Positions 29,770 through 29,770 of a stretch of 29,770 bases of DNA are shown here, one piece after another. Under the pieces are notes generated by a model that was given only the letters and a program-made list of their open reading frames with translations, was not told where the DNA came from and did no database searches. The number at the start of each line of letters is the position of its first letter. The first letter of the stretch is position 1. The stretch covers positions 1 to 29,770 of the forward strand of contig NZ_QLIR01000021.1 in NCBI RefSeq assembly GCF_003428155.1. Reading direction: 5' to 3'. Made by a program: the position numbers and the translations under genes. Source of the DNA: Fastidiosibacter lacustris (lineage in GTDB: Bacteria; Pseudomonadota; Gammaproteobacteria; Francisellales; Francisellaceae).

Positions 29770-29770
29770 C

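Overview
This ~29.8 kb AT-rich window looks gammaproteobacterial; a Thiotrichales/Francisella-like origin is an inference. It holds a conserved housekeeping backbone: 5S rRNA, murG, purD, gatCAB, rpoS, a trpR-like gene, upp and two amino acid permeases. Accessory material is mixed in. The main accessory locus (524-7724, minus strand) encodes a 2041-aa protein with a lipase-like N-terminus, an Asp-rich Ca-binding module, two classical RTX blocks and a long C-terminal block of Asn-rich 'GxGNNxI' beta-roll repeats. It is translationally coupled to an unrecognised 360-aa single-TM protein. Other points of interest: a RimK-like ATP-grasp gene (probable RLAN-type N-terminus) overlapping a GNAT gene; a upp gene broken in a 10-A homopolymer; a small secreted-protein gene split over two frames at another A-run; an internally deleted IS5-like element with 20-bp inverted repeats at 28886-29402; transposase remnants near both window edges; and a GGDEF protein and a GGDEF-EAL protein flanking upp beside rpoS. 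No CRISPR array, tRNA or classical defence system was recognised. All assignments come from reading the sequence; no searches were run.
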